From Candidatus Peribacteria bacterium (GTDB taxonomy: Bacteria; Patescibacteriota; Gracilibacteria; Peribacterales; Peribacteraceae): a stretch of 64,000 nt of DNA. This document shows, in pieces, positions 18,409-28,517 of the stretch (position 1 is its first letter; every line of letters begins with the position of its first letter). Location of the stretch: the NCBI GenBank assembly GCA_023245775.1, contig JAHFJR010000002.1, positions 1,902 to 65,901 of the forward strand, in the 5' to 3' direction. Position numbers and translations under genes: made by a program. Under the pieces are notes generated by a model. That model saw nothing but the letters and a program-made list of their open reading frames with translations, was not told the DNA's origin and ran no database searches.

Positions 18409-18458
18409 GAGCTGACGGGAGCAATCCCATGGAGGTTCAAGTCCTCTCCCCGGCACCA
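18373..18458 (+). tRNA. tRNA-Leu (anticodon UAG)
   Basis: Acceptor stem GCCGGGG/CCCCGGC, anticodon arm TCAGC-CTTAGGA-GCTGA, long variable arm, GGTTCAAGTCC, encoded CCA. Confidence 0.96.
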
Positions 18459-18497
18459 CCGATTGTCGCGTTCTCCCGCCTCGCCTATGCTAGGCGT

Positions 18498-19847
18498 ATG
18501 AAGAGAGCGATAGGATCAAGACGTGCTGTCATCGCATGGGTAGGTGCTGTGGTGCTCATCCTCGTCTCCCTTCTCACGTATCAATCTTTCCGGCAGGGAT
18601 ACAACATTCCCGTCTGGCAGGTCGACCACTTTGACCATGCTGATTTTCGTTACGTTGCAGAGATCTTCTGGGGAGAACCTCATGACCTTCGTACCTATCA
18701 ACCAGATTTCTCGGAGGATTGGGGTCGCTACTTGGACGCCGTCCCCTTCCGGGGCATCGGTGTTGGGACGTACTACCTGACACTCCGTGCGTTGATCGGC
18801 TTCGTGAATCCTGGGGTCGCAGCGGACCCCATACGCTTAGGTGTGTTCATCGCTTGGTCGATGAAGCTTCTGCTCGCTTCTGCATACGCGATCTTCTTTG
18901 GGGTCTGCCGTCGTCGCGTTGGCACGCGCCTCGCTCTCCTCTGTCTCGCTCTCCTTCTGTTTCCTTGGAAAACGTGGATCCTCATCGAAGAGATGCTCGT
19001 CGAGCCGCTCGTCCGGATTCTCTTCGTCCTAGCGATGAGCGTCCTTCTCTCCATCCACGAGTCTCGTGGACGGCTTCGCCTTGGCGCTGCGCTCTTCCTC
19101 TTCCCCTTCCTCCTCGCTGCACACCTCAAAGCTCCGTGGATGTTCTATCCCCTCCTCATTCTTCCGGCGATCGTCCTTCGTCTGCATGCGGAGAAGCTCT
19201 CCCTCAGGCATGCACTCCCAGCAGTCGCTCTGACCCTCTGCGTGCCGCTTACGCTCCTCCTCGTCAATGTTCTTTGGTGGCAGGATCTCACACTCTCTCC
19301 TGGGGCGGGACTCCATGCACAGTTCAAGACGGGGGAGTACACCTCTTCGCTCTGCAGATCCCCCACTCCTCTGGTGACTGTTTTCTGTAACAGAACGACT
19401 AAGCTCAACAGTTGGTGGAACGTGTACATGGGGCCGGATGCACTTCCCGAAAATTACCGCGCACTCGATCGTGGTGTTCTTCCCTACATCCTCCATACAC
19501 CACAGCGGATGATCACCGATGCCTTCGATGGACTTCGGGTTGCGAGCAATGTCCCCGAAGGCGCTATGGATATTCTCCCGTATGGGGCTTCGCTCGTGAT
19601 CCTGCTTCTGGATATTTCTACATGGATTCTTCTTCTCGTTGGACTCTTCCAAAAAGAAACCATCCTCCTCTCAGCCGCAGGTCTTGGCCTCTGGATCATC
19701 CCAGCAATCGGTGCAATCTTCGCATTGTACGATCCACGCTATCATCGACCGATGGCTGGCATTCCTCTGATTCTTGCGATTCTGATCGCAGTGAAGCTGT
19801 ATGGAATATGGAAGAAGAATGGAAAGCAGCAGAAAAAATCGCTGTAG
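18498..19847 (+). CDS. Polytopic membrane protein, possibly GT-C glycosyltransferase-like
   Basis: Many TM segments, an early acidic loop and a C-terminal PRY motif. Confidence 0.6.
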   Translation: MKRAIGSRRAVIAWVGAVVLILVSLLTYQSFRQGYNIPVWQVDHFDHADFRYVAEIFWGEPHDLRTYQPDFSEDWGRYLDAVPFRGIGVGTYYLTLRALIGFVNPGVAADPIRLGVFIAWSMKLLLASAYAIFFGVCRRRVGTRLALLCLALLLFPWKTWILIEEMLVEPLVRILFVLAMSVLLSIHESRGRLRLGAALFLFPFLLAAHLKAPWMFYPLLILPAIVLRLHAEKLSLRHALPAVALTLCVPLTLLLVNVLWWQDLTLSPGAGLHAQFKTGEYTSSLCRSPTPLVTVFCNRTTKLNSWWNVYMGPDALPENYRALDRGVLPYILHTPQRMITDAFDGLRVASNVPEGAMDILPYGASLVILLLDISTWILLLVGLFQKETILLSAAGLGLWIIPAIGAIFALYDPRYHRPMAGIPLILAILIAVKLYGIWKKNGKQQKKSL

Positions 19848-19898
19848 GTTTTAACCACTCCATATTCCGAAGAATCTATCTTGTGATTCTTTAATCAC

Positions 19899-21998
19899 TC
19901 ACTTCGCAGAAGTTTTTTGCAATTCCTCAACTCTCCTCCCGACTGCGATCTTGAAAAAAGAAAGAATTTGTCTCCTGTGAATAATCCGATAGAACTGATC
20001 TCTTTGCTTCTGAGGAATGGGGGCTTGTTCTGCTTGCGACATCAATAAGTTCACCGCGATACTGTTGTCAGTTTCTGTGAAAATTTTAGAAAGATCTTCG
20101 CTCGTTTTCTTGAGCGCAGACAGATTATTCTTATCCAATCCTCGTACAACAAGGATACACTTTTGTATCAACGTGTTGACACTTTTTACTATATCCACCA
20201 TAGCGGTATTGAAGGTGGGTGTTGTATCGGTATATTCCGTCATCGTTGTTACAATGTTCATTTGGGCCTCAAAAGGCAGTTTCTTGAATGCAGATGTATC
20301 AAAACTCTCGAATGTCTTTGGATTTTTTTCTTCTTGGAAAGTTGGGGGTCCATTCTCCTCTTTTTGCGCTTCACCTGATTTCTTTTCCTCACTCTTTTTC
20401 TTTCCTATCACGTTCCAGCGGCTTTCCTCCTCCTCCTTCTTCTTCAGATCTTCTAGTTTCTTTTCCAACACTTTTCGTGCAGTAACCAGTTCCTTCAGCT
20501 TCGTTTCCAGCTCCGCGAGTTTCAACTGATACGCCTCGGTCTTTTCAGAGTCTCCAGCATCCCTCCTCATGGATTCCTTCAACTCGTCAATGTTTTTCTG
20601 CAGACCTTTCTCCGTTCCATTCGACAGGGAGATCTGTGTCTCCAGTGACTTCTTCTCCTTCAAAAATTCCTCCTGCGTCTTCTCCTTCGTTGCTGCTTCA
20701 GCGGCCTTGTCTTTCGTCTGCTTGATCGCCTTCACATCCTTCCCCTTCAGGCTCGTGCTGTCTCCGAGTGCACTCACGATCTGGAGGAGCCCCATGAGAA
20801 TACCAAACAGACGTTCCATGCTGTCTTTCGGATGCATCTGAATGTTGCTTGGATCAAAGTTTGTCGATTCGATATCAACTCCCATCATGCGCATCGTTCC
20901 TTCCGCCATCGAGCGCTCATACTCATTCTTGGCAGTGCGATAGCGATTGATGAGCGAGGTGATGGTCCTACGAGCGCGCTCGGTGAGCGGTGCACCCTGT
21001 TCGTAGGAGAGACGACTTTCATTTCCGATGCGATCGAGGACGTTCCTCTGCTCTGGTGTCAGTGTTTGCAGGAACTGCTCGGCTTCTGGCGATGGTCCTC
21101 CTTGTGCGGTTCCGAGGAGGACGCCGCAGACGCTCTGTTGTACTCCTTGCGGGAGCGCCGTGAACCCTTGCATGACACCCATGAGCATCTGCTGAGCCCC
21201 TATGGGGAGTGTCTCGTAGACGCGCACGACCGGTCCCTGCAGTTGCTGCGGCAGTGTCTGGATCTGTTTCGCTGCTTCCGGTGGCTGGATGCGCTGGAGT
21301 CGCTCGTTGAGGTCGAAGCGCATCTGTTCGCCCTGCTTCGCAAAGCGTGGGTCGTCGGGCCGTGGGATGCCTGGGGACTGCGGCGCTGAAGGTGCGGAAG
21401 CAGGTTGTGCAGTGGGAACGAGATAATCTATTTCCCGCTGGATACTGTTGATCTCTTTTTCTATCTTCAGGATTCGTCCTGCGATGATCATGTTGCGACC
21501 GTGGCTCATTTTCGAGAGAGCAGCGATCATCGACTTCTTCTCTCTAATGGTATCGGTCAGGAATCTCCGTCTGCGTTCAATTCGCTGTGCTTCCTGAGCG
21601 GGGTTCTTCCTCGGGTGGATGGAAATAAAATCTGATTCCCTGCTGATCGACCACGGCGCGTTTTGCCCTTTCAGATGTGCATTACGTCTCGTGACATAGT
21701 CTTCGATCTCTTTTGGTGATTTCCCTCCGACGAAGTGCGAGAACATACACTGCTCCATCTGCTTGACTTGATCCCATTGCTTGTTCGCTTCTGCGGTTGC
21801 TTGCATCAGCTGCGGTGATTGCATCAGATGGTTGAACACGTCCTGAGGATTTTCCCCATAGAGCGAGAGAACGGGAACCTTCTGGACTTCTGGAACCTTT
21901 GCAGCGTTCTGCTCCTCAGGTGTTCCTCCTGCAAACGCAAGGAGACGCATCTCTCTCGAGGACCAGTCTCTGCCGACGGAGAGGGAGACTGGAAACAT
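19899..21998 (-). CDS. Hypothetical protein with coiled-coil regions
   Basis: 699-aa ORF with no recognised motif; start uncertain. Confidence 0.65.
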   Translation of the reverse strand: MFPVSLSVGRDWSSREMRLLAFAGGTPEEQNAAKVPEVQKVPVLSLYGENPQDVFNHLMQSPQLMQATAEANKQWDQVKQMEQCMFSHFVGGKSPKEIEDYVTRRNAHLKGQNAPWSISRESDFISIHPRKNPAQEAQRIERRRRFLTDTIREKKSMIAALSKMSHGRNMIIAGRILKIEKEINSIQREIDYLVPTAQPASAPSAPQSPGIPRPDDPRFAKQGEQMRFDLNERLQRIQPPEAAKQIQTLPQQLQGPVVRVYETLPIGAQQMLMGVMQGFTALPQGVQQSVCGVLLGTAQGGPSPEAEQFLQTLTPEQRNVLDRIGNESRLSYEQGAPLTERARRTITSLINRYRTAKNEYERSMAEGTMRMMGVDIESTNFDPSNIQMHPKDSMERLFGILMGLLQIVSALGDSTSLKGKDVKAIKQTKDKAAEAATKEKTQEEFLKEKKSLETQISLSNGTEKGLQKNIDELKESMRRDAGDSEKTEAYQLKLAELETKLKELVTARKVLEKKLEDLKKKEEEESRWNVIGKKKSEEKKSGEAQKEENGPPTFQEEKNPKTFESFDTSAFKKLPFEAQMNIVTTMTEYTDTTPTFNTAMVDIVKSVNTLIQKCILVVRGLDKNNLSALKKTSEDLSKIFTETDNSIAVNLLMSQAEQAPIPQKQRDQFYRIIHRRQILSFFKIAVGRRVEELQKTSAK

Positions 21999-22352
21999 TT
22001 AGATGGAGAGAGTGGAGGACATCTGCGATGTAATCGATTGCAGCTGGATTTCGTCTTCTCCGGAAAGTTCCTGTTCCAGCGACTGCATCGCGGTGCGTTT
22101 GTAGGTGTGAAATTCTTGCATCCATCGATGCATGAATTCCTCGGATCTTTGGTCATATTCCGCGTACGCTGCATGGAAGCGCGCAGCCAGCTCTTCTCTC
22201 TCTTCAGGGCTCGCTGTGGTAGCCTCACGTTTCGTCCGCTCAAGATTTTCAGTGAGCAGTGCCGGCTCGATGTCGATCATGATGGAGTCATACAGCTCAG
22301 GGCCCGTCAGGAGCGGCAGGTCCAGCGTGGAGAAGGCAGGGGGGGTCGGCAT
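21999..22352 (-). CDS. Small acidic helical hypothetical protein
   Basis: ORF directly upstream of the 699-aa gene; ATG at 22352. Confidence 0.6.
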   Translation of the reverse strand: MPTPPAFSTLDLPLLTGPELYDSIMIDIEPALLTENLERTKREATTASPEEREELAARFHAAYAEYDQRSEEFMHRWMQEFHTYKRTAMQSLEQELSGEDEIQLQSITSQMSSTLSI

Positions 22353-22451
22353 GGGAGTGAGATGAATTTTTCTAAGTATTATAGCAGAGAACGAAGTTTC
22401 GTACAAGAATCCCCGTGCAGCACTCTTCTGGATGTTTGGTACGATGCGCTC

Positions 22452-24116
22452 ATGCGTGTGACCCTTCCACTTCTCTCGCTGCTCGTTCTCCCCCTCACAG
22501 CGTTCGCTCTCACGATCCAGCCTGCGACGCTCTTCCTCGATGTTCGTTCATCGAGTCCCGAAGCGGCGGGGATTCATCTGCTTGCCGCCGATGGCATCGT
22601 GAATGGCTACAGCGACGGGCGTTTCGGTCCCACAAGACAGATCAATCGTGCGGAGTTTCTGAAGATCGCGATGAAGAGTGCCTCGACGATCTCGTCGGAA
22701 TTCGCACCCGAAACGTGCTTCCCGGATGTCAAGAGTGACGACTGGTTCAGCCTGTTCGTCTGCACAGCAAAGGCGAAGGGGGTCGTGCGTGGCCGTCCCG
22801 ATGGTCTCTTCCACCCCGAACAACCGGTGCAGTACGACGAAGCGCTGAAGATACTCACACTCGTTTTCGACTACACGATTCCCGCCCTCACGAGTGGCGA
22901 TTGGGCCGAGCCGTACTACCGTGCGGCGGCCACGAAGTCCGTTGATCTTCCGATCACGATCCGGTTCGATACACCCCTCACACGCGGCCTCGCCGCGCGC
23001 CTCGCCGCCGCATTCCTCGCTGAGTCCGCTGGGCAACTCCCCGCACTTCGCCTCGCGGAGGCAGGACAGTATTCTAGGTCATCAGAAACATCCTCATCGA
23101 GCTCATCTTCCTCTGAAGCATCGCTCGCACCTACCGCACCTACCGTCCTTGCCCAACCTCCTCCACCTTCTTCAGCATCACTCTTCACGCTCCCGTCCGT
23201 CAGTCATTTCCTCGTGCTCGGACAGAGATCGGATGCCATTGCCAATCTCTCGATCACCAGTCGTGGCGAGACGGCTCGTCTTGTCTCCGCACAGGTGAAA
23301 CTTTTTTCAGAGGTCACAGCTCTCGATACGCTCGAGCTCGTGAATGCCCTCGATGGGACGGTTGTGATGACCCTTCCACGCAGGACCACAACGGATCTGT
23401 CCGACTACAAGATGACGTACGAAGCGCAGATCGATCTCGCTGATCAACTGAGAATTCCTGCAGACAAACCTCTCCAGCTCGTGCTCCGTGCGAAGATCCG
23501 TAGCATCGACAACAATGGTGCATCCGAGCAGTTCCTCCAGGTGCGCACATTCTCCGTGACGACCTACGGTGAGACAACGCAGAACACCATCAATCATCCA
23601 GCCGTCGCTCCGTTCCCTGCTCACCAAACATCATTCGGTCGAATCGTAGGCGTGCAGAGAGTGTCACCGGAACGTTCGACGATTCTCTCTGGGACCGGAA
23701 GCAGTGTGAGTACATTCTCGTTCAGTGGCAGTGTGCTTGCGGGGAAATCATTGACCATCGAGCACGTGGCGTTTCAGATGCTCAAGACTGGTGGCGTGAC
23801 GGTGAGCAATTGGCGGATTCGTCCACAGGGATCGCAGATGTCCATTCCCTGCACGGTGAGCCAGACGGACGGCTCGGTACTCACGTGTACGAATCTAGGT
23901 TCCATCGGAACCCTCGGGGCGTCATCTCTGGTTCTCGAGGTCCTCGCGGACATCGCTGTTTTCCCGAGCACGACTTCTGCAAGCCTCGAGATTGATCTCG
24001 CTTCGGGTGGTTCACCCTCGTCGTTTGGCAGTGTTCAGTGGACGGATCAGTCGGGACATTTCCGCTGGATCGAAGGACCATCGCCCCCTACGAAGGGGAC
24101 GAAATGGCAACCTTAG
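22452..24116 (+). CDS. S-layer homology (SLH) domain surface protein
   Basis: Signal peptide, GIVNGYSDGRFGPTRQINRAEFLK, FPDV...WF, GRPDGLFHP, and a Ser/Pro linker. Confidence 0.85.
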   Translation: MRVTLPLLSLLVLPLTAFALTIQPATLFLDVRSSSPEAAGIHLLAADGIVNGYSDGRFGPTRQINRAEFLKIAMKSASTISSEFAPETCFPDVKSDDWFSLFVCTAKAKGVVRGRPDGLFHPEQPVQYDEALKILTLVFDYTIPALTSGDWAEPYYRAAATKSVDLPITIRFDTPLTRGLAARLAAAFLAESAGQLPALRLAEAGQYSRSSETSSSSSSSSEASLAPTAPTVLAQPPPPSSASLFTLPSVSHFLVLGQRSDAIANLSITSRGETARLVSAQVKLFSEVTALDTLELVNALDGTVVMTLPRRTTTDLSDYKMTYEAQIDLADQLRIPADKPLQLVLRAKIRSIDNNGASEQFLQVRTFSVTTYGETTQNTINHPAVAPFPAHQTSFGRIVGVQRVSPERSTILSGTGSSVSTFSFSGSVLAGKSLTIEHVAFQMLKTGGVTVSNWRIRPQGSQMSIPCTVSQTDGSVLTCTNLGSIGTLGASSLVLEVLADIAVFPSTTSASLEIDLASGGSPSSFGSVQWTDQSGHFRWIEGPSPPTKGTKWQP

Positions 24117-24264
24117 AAGTTGGCTGAGATCACGAGCAGGAAGGCTCCTGCGAAGGTCGTGTAGAGCGTTGCGAGAACGCACAACTTCTCGTAGTGACTC
24201 TGTTCATGAGGCAACATATGGATGTGTGTAAAGAAGTAATGTTACTATTATACAATACTTCTAT

Positions 24265-25110
24265 CTATTTAGCAAGTACCCTCTTGAGCTCTCTAGCCAT
24301 GCCTTCCACAGCCTTTGAGGCCTCTTTCTGCCAGTCGGAACCCTTGGAAGCGTAGAGAATGCCACGGGAGGAGTTCACGATGGCTCCGGTTCCGTCTGCA
24401 AGAAAGCCTGTGCGGCAATCTTCCGCTGTTCCCCCCTGCGCCCCATAGCCGGGAATGAGGAATGGAACATGCGGCATGAGGGTCCGGAGGTACGTGAGTT
24501 CTTCGGGGTAGGTCGCGCCGATGACAGCGCCGATGCAGCTGAGATTGCTCTGTTGTCCAAGTCCAGCGGTTGCCCAACTTTCGACCAGCTGTGCGAGGTG
24601 TTCGTGCACGACTTCGTCGCCGATCGGAAGATCCTGCAGCTCACCGGAGCTCGGATTACTCGTTTTTACGAGGATGTAGATACCACGATCATTCTTTGTA
24701 CACGCATCGACAAATGGCTTGATCCCATCCGAGCCAAGGTATGGTGACACCGTCAGCGCATCGATCGGCTTGTCTTCTCCTAGGTACGCTTCAGCGTACG
24801 CATCGCACGTTGAACCAATATCGTTGCGCTTGCCATCCGCGATGACGATCAACCCTTTCTTCTGCGCGTAGCCGCAAACCTCGAAGAAGACTTTCATTCC
24901 TTCCCACCCGAGTAGCTCGAAGTACGCGAGTTGCGGCTTCACCGCACATGCGATATCGCTGACTGCATCGATGATTCCCTTGCAGAATTTCTCGACACCC
25001 GCTGGAGATTTTTCGATGCCTTCGGGCAGTTGCTGCAGGATCGGATCAAGACCGACACACACGGGTGATGTTTTTTTGATGCGCAGAGCGAGACGATCGG
25101 CGTAGTGCAT
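24265..25110 (-). CDS. pyrF: Orotidine-5'-phosphate decarboxylase
   Basis: VCVGLDP, DGKRNDIGST, TVSPYLG, GATYP, PGYGAQGG, NSSRGI. Confidence 0.95.
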   Translation of the reverse strand: MHYADRLALRIKKTSPVCVGLDPILQQLPEGIEKSPAGVEKFCKGIIDAVSDIACAVKPQLAYFELLGWEGMKVFFEVCGYAQKKGLIVIADGKRNDIGSTCDAYAEAYLGEDKPIDALTVSPYLGSDGIKPFVDACTKNDRGIYILVKTSNPSSGELQDLPIGDEVVHEHLAQLVESWATAGLGQQSNLSCIGAVIGATYPEELTYLRTLMPHVPFLIPGYGAQGGTAEDCRTGFLADGTGAIVNSSRGILYASKGSDWQKEASKAVEGMARELKRVLAK

Positions 25111-25177
25111 ACGACCCTGATTCTAGACTTCTTTGCAGTATTTGACAAACATACTTGTAATATGTTTTATTATCTCT

Positions 25178-26113
25178 ATGCAGAGCAACCTTCGAACCCT
25201 CAATCCACTGCCGTCTGATGATCCTGCGGTCGACTGGAGCGAGCCTGCAACATGGGTATATAGGAGTGCGGATGCTGGAAAAGCAATCGAAGAAGCGAAG
25301 AGCATACGAGGTGCAGTCGCTGCATCCTATGGTCTTCGTACGGCACTGCATGGTTCCCCTATTCTCCATTCCGGATTCTCGCTGGAAAGTATTGACCCCA
25401 TGCATCTCGCCTCACTGAAGACGGGGATAGAGGAGGAATTTCCGCGATCAGTCAATCCCGGACTCCATGAACATCTGGATCTTGCCGGGGTAACAGCACG
25501 GACAATTGTAGAGCAATTGCGTGGCAGAGTTCCTGGGGTTCTTCCTCCTGTTGCAGCCGAGACGGCAAGCTATCTCAACGACATCGGGAAGCTTTCAGGT
25601 GTCTTCCGTTATTTTCTCAATGATGTGCTTGGTGATGCGATGCTCAGTCGCATCGGCGTCCGTTCCGACATCACCGCGGCATTCCAACCGCTCCAGTCCT
25701 ACATCGGCCCTTTCACGAATGCTGAGTATCGGAAGAAGAACGAGACAAACGCTGCTCAGGGGATCCGCCAGTATGCGGATCGTGTTCTCTCTGTACTCAC
25801 TCCCCCGCAGAAGATTTGGATTCTTTCAGATGTGTTAGGCAGGAGGAGCAAGGAAGTAGCAGGTGCATTGACCACCTTCGACGAGATGCTTGCGTATCAC
25901 AGTAAGACGCGCAGTTCGCCTGATGCCTATGAAGATCTCATCAAGGAGAAGGCGCTCTGGCCTGCCGAGATTTATGCCTACAATCATATGGCCGGATGGA
26001 GCGAGGGATGGGCGCACATCTACAGAACCATTCGAGACGATATAGAGACTATCGGGATTGATCTTGGTGATATTCGTTCGCGTGTCGCCGATCACTATCC
26101 GCTCGAGAAATAG
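25178..26113 (+). CDS. Hypothetical protein with an HD-fold-like motif pattern
   Basis: HEH...YLNDIGK...LSD spacing resembles an HD domain, with ND in place of HD. Confidence 0.55.
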   Translation: MQSNLRTLNPLPSDDPAVDWSEPATWVYRSADAGKAIEEAKSIRGAVAASYGLRTALHGSPILHSGFSLESIDPMHLASLKTGIEEEFPRSVNPGLHEHLDLAGVTARTIVEQLRGRVPGVLPPVAAETASYLNDIGKLSGVFRYFLNDVLGDAMLSRIGVRSDITAAFQPLQSYIGPFTNAEYRKKNETNAAQGIRQYADRVLSVLTPPQKIWILSDVLGRRSKEVAGALTTFDEMLAYHSKTRSSPDAYEDLIKEKALWPAEIYAYNHMAGWSEGWAHIYRTIRDDIETIGIDLGDIRSRVADHYPLEK

Positions 26114-26120
26114 GTAACAC

Positions 26121-27617
26121 TTACACCCCCACTGATTGTCGATACTGCAGCGCCTCCGCGATGTGTACGACGTCGATCCCTTCGCTGCCGGCCAAGTCTG
26201 CGATCGTGCGTGCGACTTTGATGGTGCGGTGGTAGGTGCGTGCCGAGAACTGCAGACGCTCGGCGGCTTGTCGAAGGAGCGTCTCGCTCTTCTTGTCGAG
26301 CGGGCAGAGAGATTCCAGATCCTTCACGCTCATCTCTTTATTCGTGGAAATACTGCGGCCCTTGAAACGTGCGATCTGACGTGCGCGTGCGCCTGCAACG
26401 CGGGAACGGATGACCGCACTCGTCTCTGCTGAAGGATTCTTCTTCCCCTGCAGATCCGCGATCTCGACTGGCTGCACATCGATCGTCAGGTCGATGCGGT
26501 CCAGCAGCGGTGCGGAGATTCTCCGCTTCATCGATGCCGCTGATGCGGCAGAAAACTTCGGTGGGTTCATCGCGGCCACAAGGATGAAATCAGAGGGAAA
26601 GGTGACGGTGCCCTGTGCTCGGTTGATCGTGATCCGCCGATCCTCCATCGGTTGCCTCAGCACCTCGAGGACCTGCGGTGGGAACTCCGCAAGTTCATCG
26701 AGAAACAGGACTCCTCTGTGTGCGAGCGAGATTTCTCCGGGAGAGGGATGTTGTCCGCCACCGACGATGGCGATGCCACTCGCGGTGTGGTGCACCGTGC
26801 GAAGCGGACGCTCTTCGATCAGTGGCGTGGAGCTAGGGAGGAGATTTGCAACCGAATAGATGCCGGTGACCTCGAGCGATTCATCTCGTGTCAGTGGAGG
26901 CAGGATGCCGCGCAGTGCATTCGCGAGGAGCGTTTTCCCAGAGCCCGGTGTCCCAGAGAGCAGCACGTTGTGGCCTCCAGAAGCGGCGATCTCCAGTGCG
27001 CGTTTCGCCTGCGCCTGTCCTCGAACATCGGAGAAGTCGACGATGGGAAACGTACTTGGTGCACAGGCGGGGGTACTGATCACGGGAGCCTGCATCTCGC
27101 CGCGAAGACAGGCGATGACATCCGTGAGCTTAGCGAGCGCGAGGATCTTCATGCCAGGGACGAGCGCCGCTTCACTTCCATTCATCTCCGGAACGACGAC
27201 TGTTTTGAGTCCCATCTCGCGTGCTGCGAGGACGCAACTCAGGACCCCCGTGACATGTCGCAGGGATCCGTCGAAGGCGAGTTCGCCGAGGAAGGCAGTC
27301 TCTTTCAGTGCGGTGGTCGGGAGCTCGATGATGTCATTGCTCGCAAGGACGCCAAGTGCGATAGCGAGGTCGAACCGTGAGCCTGTTTTGCGGATGTGTG
27401 CGGGAGCGAGGTTCACATTGGTCGTGCGCCCCATGGCGGTCCGGTATCCAGAGGATTTGATGGCCATGATGACGCGGTGCTTGCTCTCTTGAATCGCCGT
27501 ATCTCCGAGGCCTCCGATGAAGAAATGCGCTTCGGAGGAAGGAGTGACACCGATCTCCACTTGGACAGGGAGGGCCGTGAGTCCGAAGGTAGTGAATGAG
27601 GTGAGTTGTGTGAGCAT
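26121..27617 (-). CDS. comM: YifB/ComM family AAA+ ATPase
   Basis: NLAPA, DLAIAL, GTPGSGKT, GEISLAHRGVLFLDE, LLDRID, VARTIADL. Confidence 0.93.
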   Translation of the reverse strand: MLTQLTSFTTFGLTALPVQVEIGVTPSSEAHFFIGGLGDTAIQESKHRVIMAIKSSGYRTAMGRTTNVNLAPAHIRKTGSRFDLAIALGVLASNDIIELPTTALKETAFLGELAFDGSLRHVTGVLSCVLAAREMGLKTVVVPEMNGSEAALVPGMKILALAKLTDVIACLRGEMQAPVISTPACAPSTFPIVDFSDVRGQAQAKRALEIAASGGHNVLLSGTPGSGKTLLANALRGILPPLTRDESLEVTGIYSVANLLPSSTPLIEERPLRTVHHTASGIAIVGGGQHPSPGEISLAHRGVLFLDELAEFPPQVLEVLRQPMEDRRITINRAQGTVTFPSDFILVAAMNPPKFSAASAASMKRRISAPLLDRIDLTIDVQPVEIADLQGKKNPSAETSAVIRSRVAGARARQIARFKGRSISTNKEMSVKDLESLCPLDKKSETLLRQAAERLQFSARTYHRTIKVARTIADLAGSEGIDVVHIAEALQYRQSVGV

Positions 27618-27742
27618 GGGAGACCGCTGAGGAGGAGATAGAAAACGGTGAGGTAGCCCTATGGTGTACTTACGTACACCTTTCTGCAATACTGTGATGC
27701 AGACAGGAAGTAGAAGTATGTTCTTATCCTTTCCCCTCCACC

Positions 27743-28105
27743 ATGCTCACCACCAGAGAAACAGGAATCCTCGGCGAAGAAACGGCTGCACAGTCTCTCG
27801 AGAAGAGCGGCTACATTGTTCGTGAGCGCAACGTCCGGTTCGGAAAATTTGAGATTGATATCGTGGCCTTTGACCCTGTGCAGAAGATGATTGTCTTCGT
27901 CGAGGTGAAGACGAGGACGCAGTATTCGGATGCGTATCCGATTCACTCCGCGATGCATTACCGGAAACGTCGTTCGATGAGGAAGGCCATCGCACGCTGG
28001 GTCATGGAACATCAGTACGACGGCCCCGCTCGCACCGATGTGATTTCTGTGTCAAGCGGCAGAGTCGTGGAACATCTGAAAGATCTTGGATCGGAGTTCT
28101 ATTAA
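27743..28105 (+). CDS. yraN: YraN family (UPF0102) PD-(D/E)xK nuclease
   Basis: GILGEETA, ERN, EIDIVA, VFVEVKTR. Confidence 0.9.
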   Translation: MLTTRETGILGEETAAQSLEKSGYIVRERNVRFGKFEIDIVAFDPVQKMIVFVEVKTRTQYSDAYPIHSAMHYRKRRSMRKAIARWVMEHQYDGPARTDVISVSSGRVVEHLKDLGSEFY

Positions 28106-28120
28106 TACATCAGTAGCACC

Positions 28121-28453
28121 CTAGTACTTTGACACTTCATGCTCGACTACTTGTGGCACAGCATCTCTCTCGAGGGTTTTCTCTTGCCTCCATTTCCTGA
28201 TTTCTTCCATGGGATTTCGGAAGACAGAGACGACCGCCAGCATTCCAGCAAGAGCCAAACCTGCAACGGTAGCAATCCTCCGTTGTTCAGTTGGAAGATC
28301 TAACTCTGATTTTCTAGATTCCAGAGGAGGCGTATGAGATTTTTCATCGTCCCAATCGAGAGGATGACCCAGACGGAAGACGTTCGGGGTAGGATGATTT
28401 TCATCGCTGGGGCCGTGGTCATAGCGCACGAATCTCCCAAAGTCAGTTGGCAT
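28121..28453 (-). CDS. Small hypothetical single-TM protein
   Basis: ORF with one hydrophobic segment and an AT-rich upstream region. Confidence 0.45.
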   Translation of the reverse strand: MPTDFGRFVRYDHGPSDENHPTPNVFRLGHPLDWDDEKSHTPPLESRKSELDLPTEQRRIATVAGLALAGMLAVVSVFRNPMEEIRKWRQEKTLERDAVPQVVEHEVSKY

Positions 28454-28517
28454 AAAGATATATAGGAAAACATTAGTAATTATTGTCCATATTCGCCGTG
28501 GAGTCAAGAGACGACTT

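Noticed and set aside
18058..18458. Intron-split tRNA-Leu with an intron-encoded GIY-YIG endonuclease
   Set aside because: The downstream tRNA is complete on its own, and I see no group I intron core in the short intervening sequence.
18357..18497. Membrane protein starting upstream of or within tRNA-Leu
   Set aside because: It would run across the whole tRNA; ATG 18498 has a -10 box 6 nt upstream.
21819..22451. N-terminal extension of the SLH protein
   Set aside because: It overlaps two minus-strand genes; a signal peptide and -10 box support ATG 22452.
23127..23170. 9-nt periodic tract in the SLH gene as a mobile repeat
   Set aside because: It resembles the reverse of 56631-56683, but a Pro/Thr/Ser linker explains it adequately.
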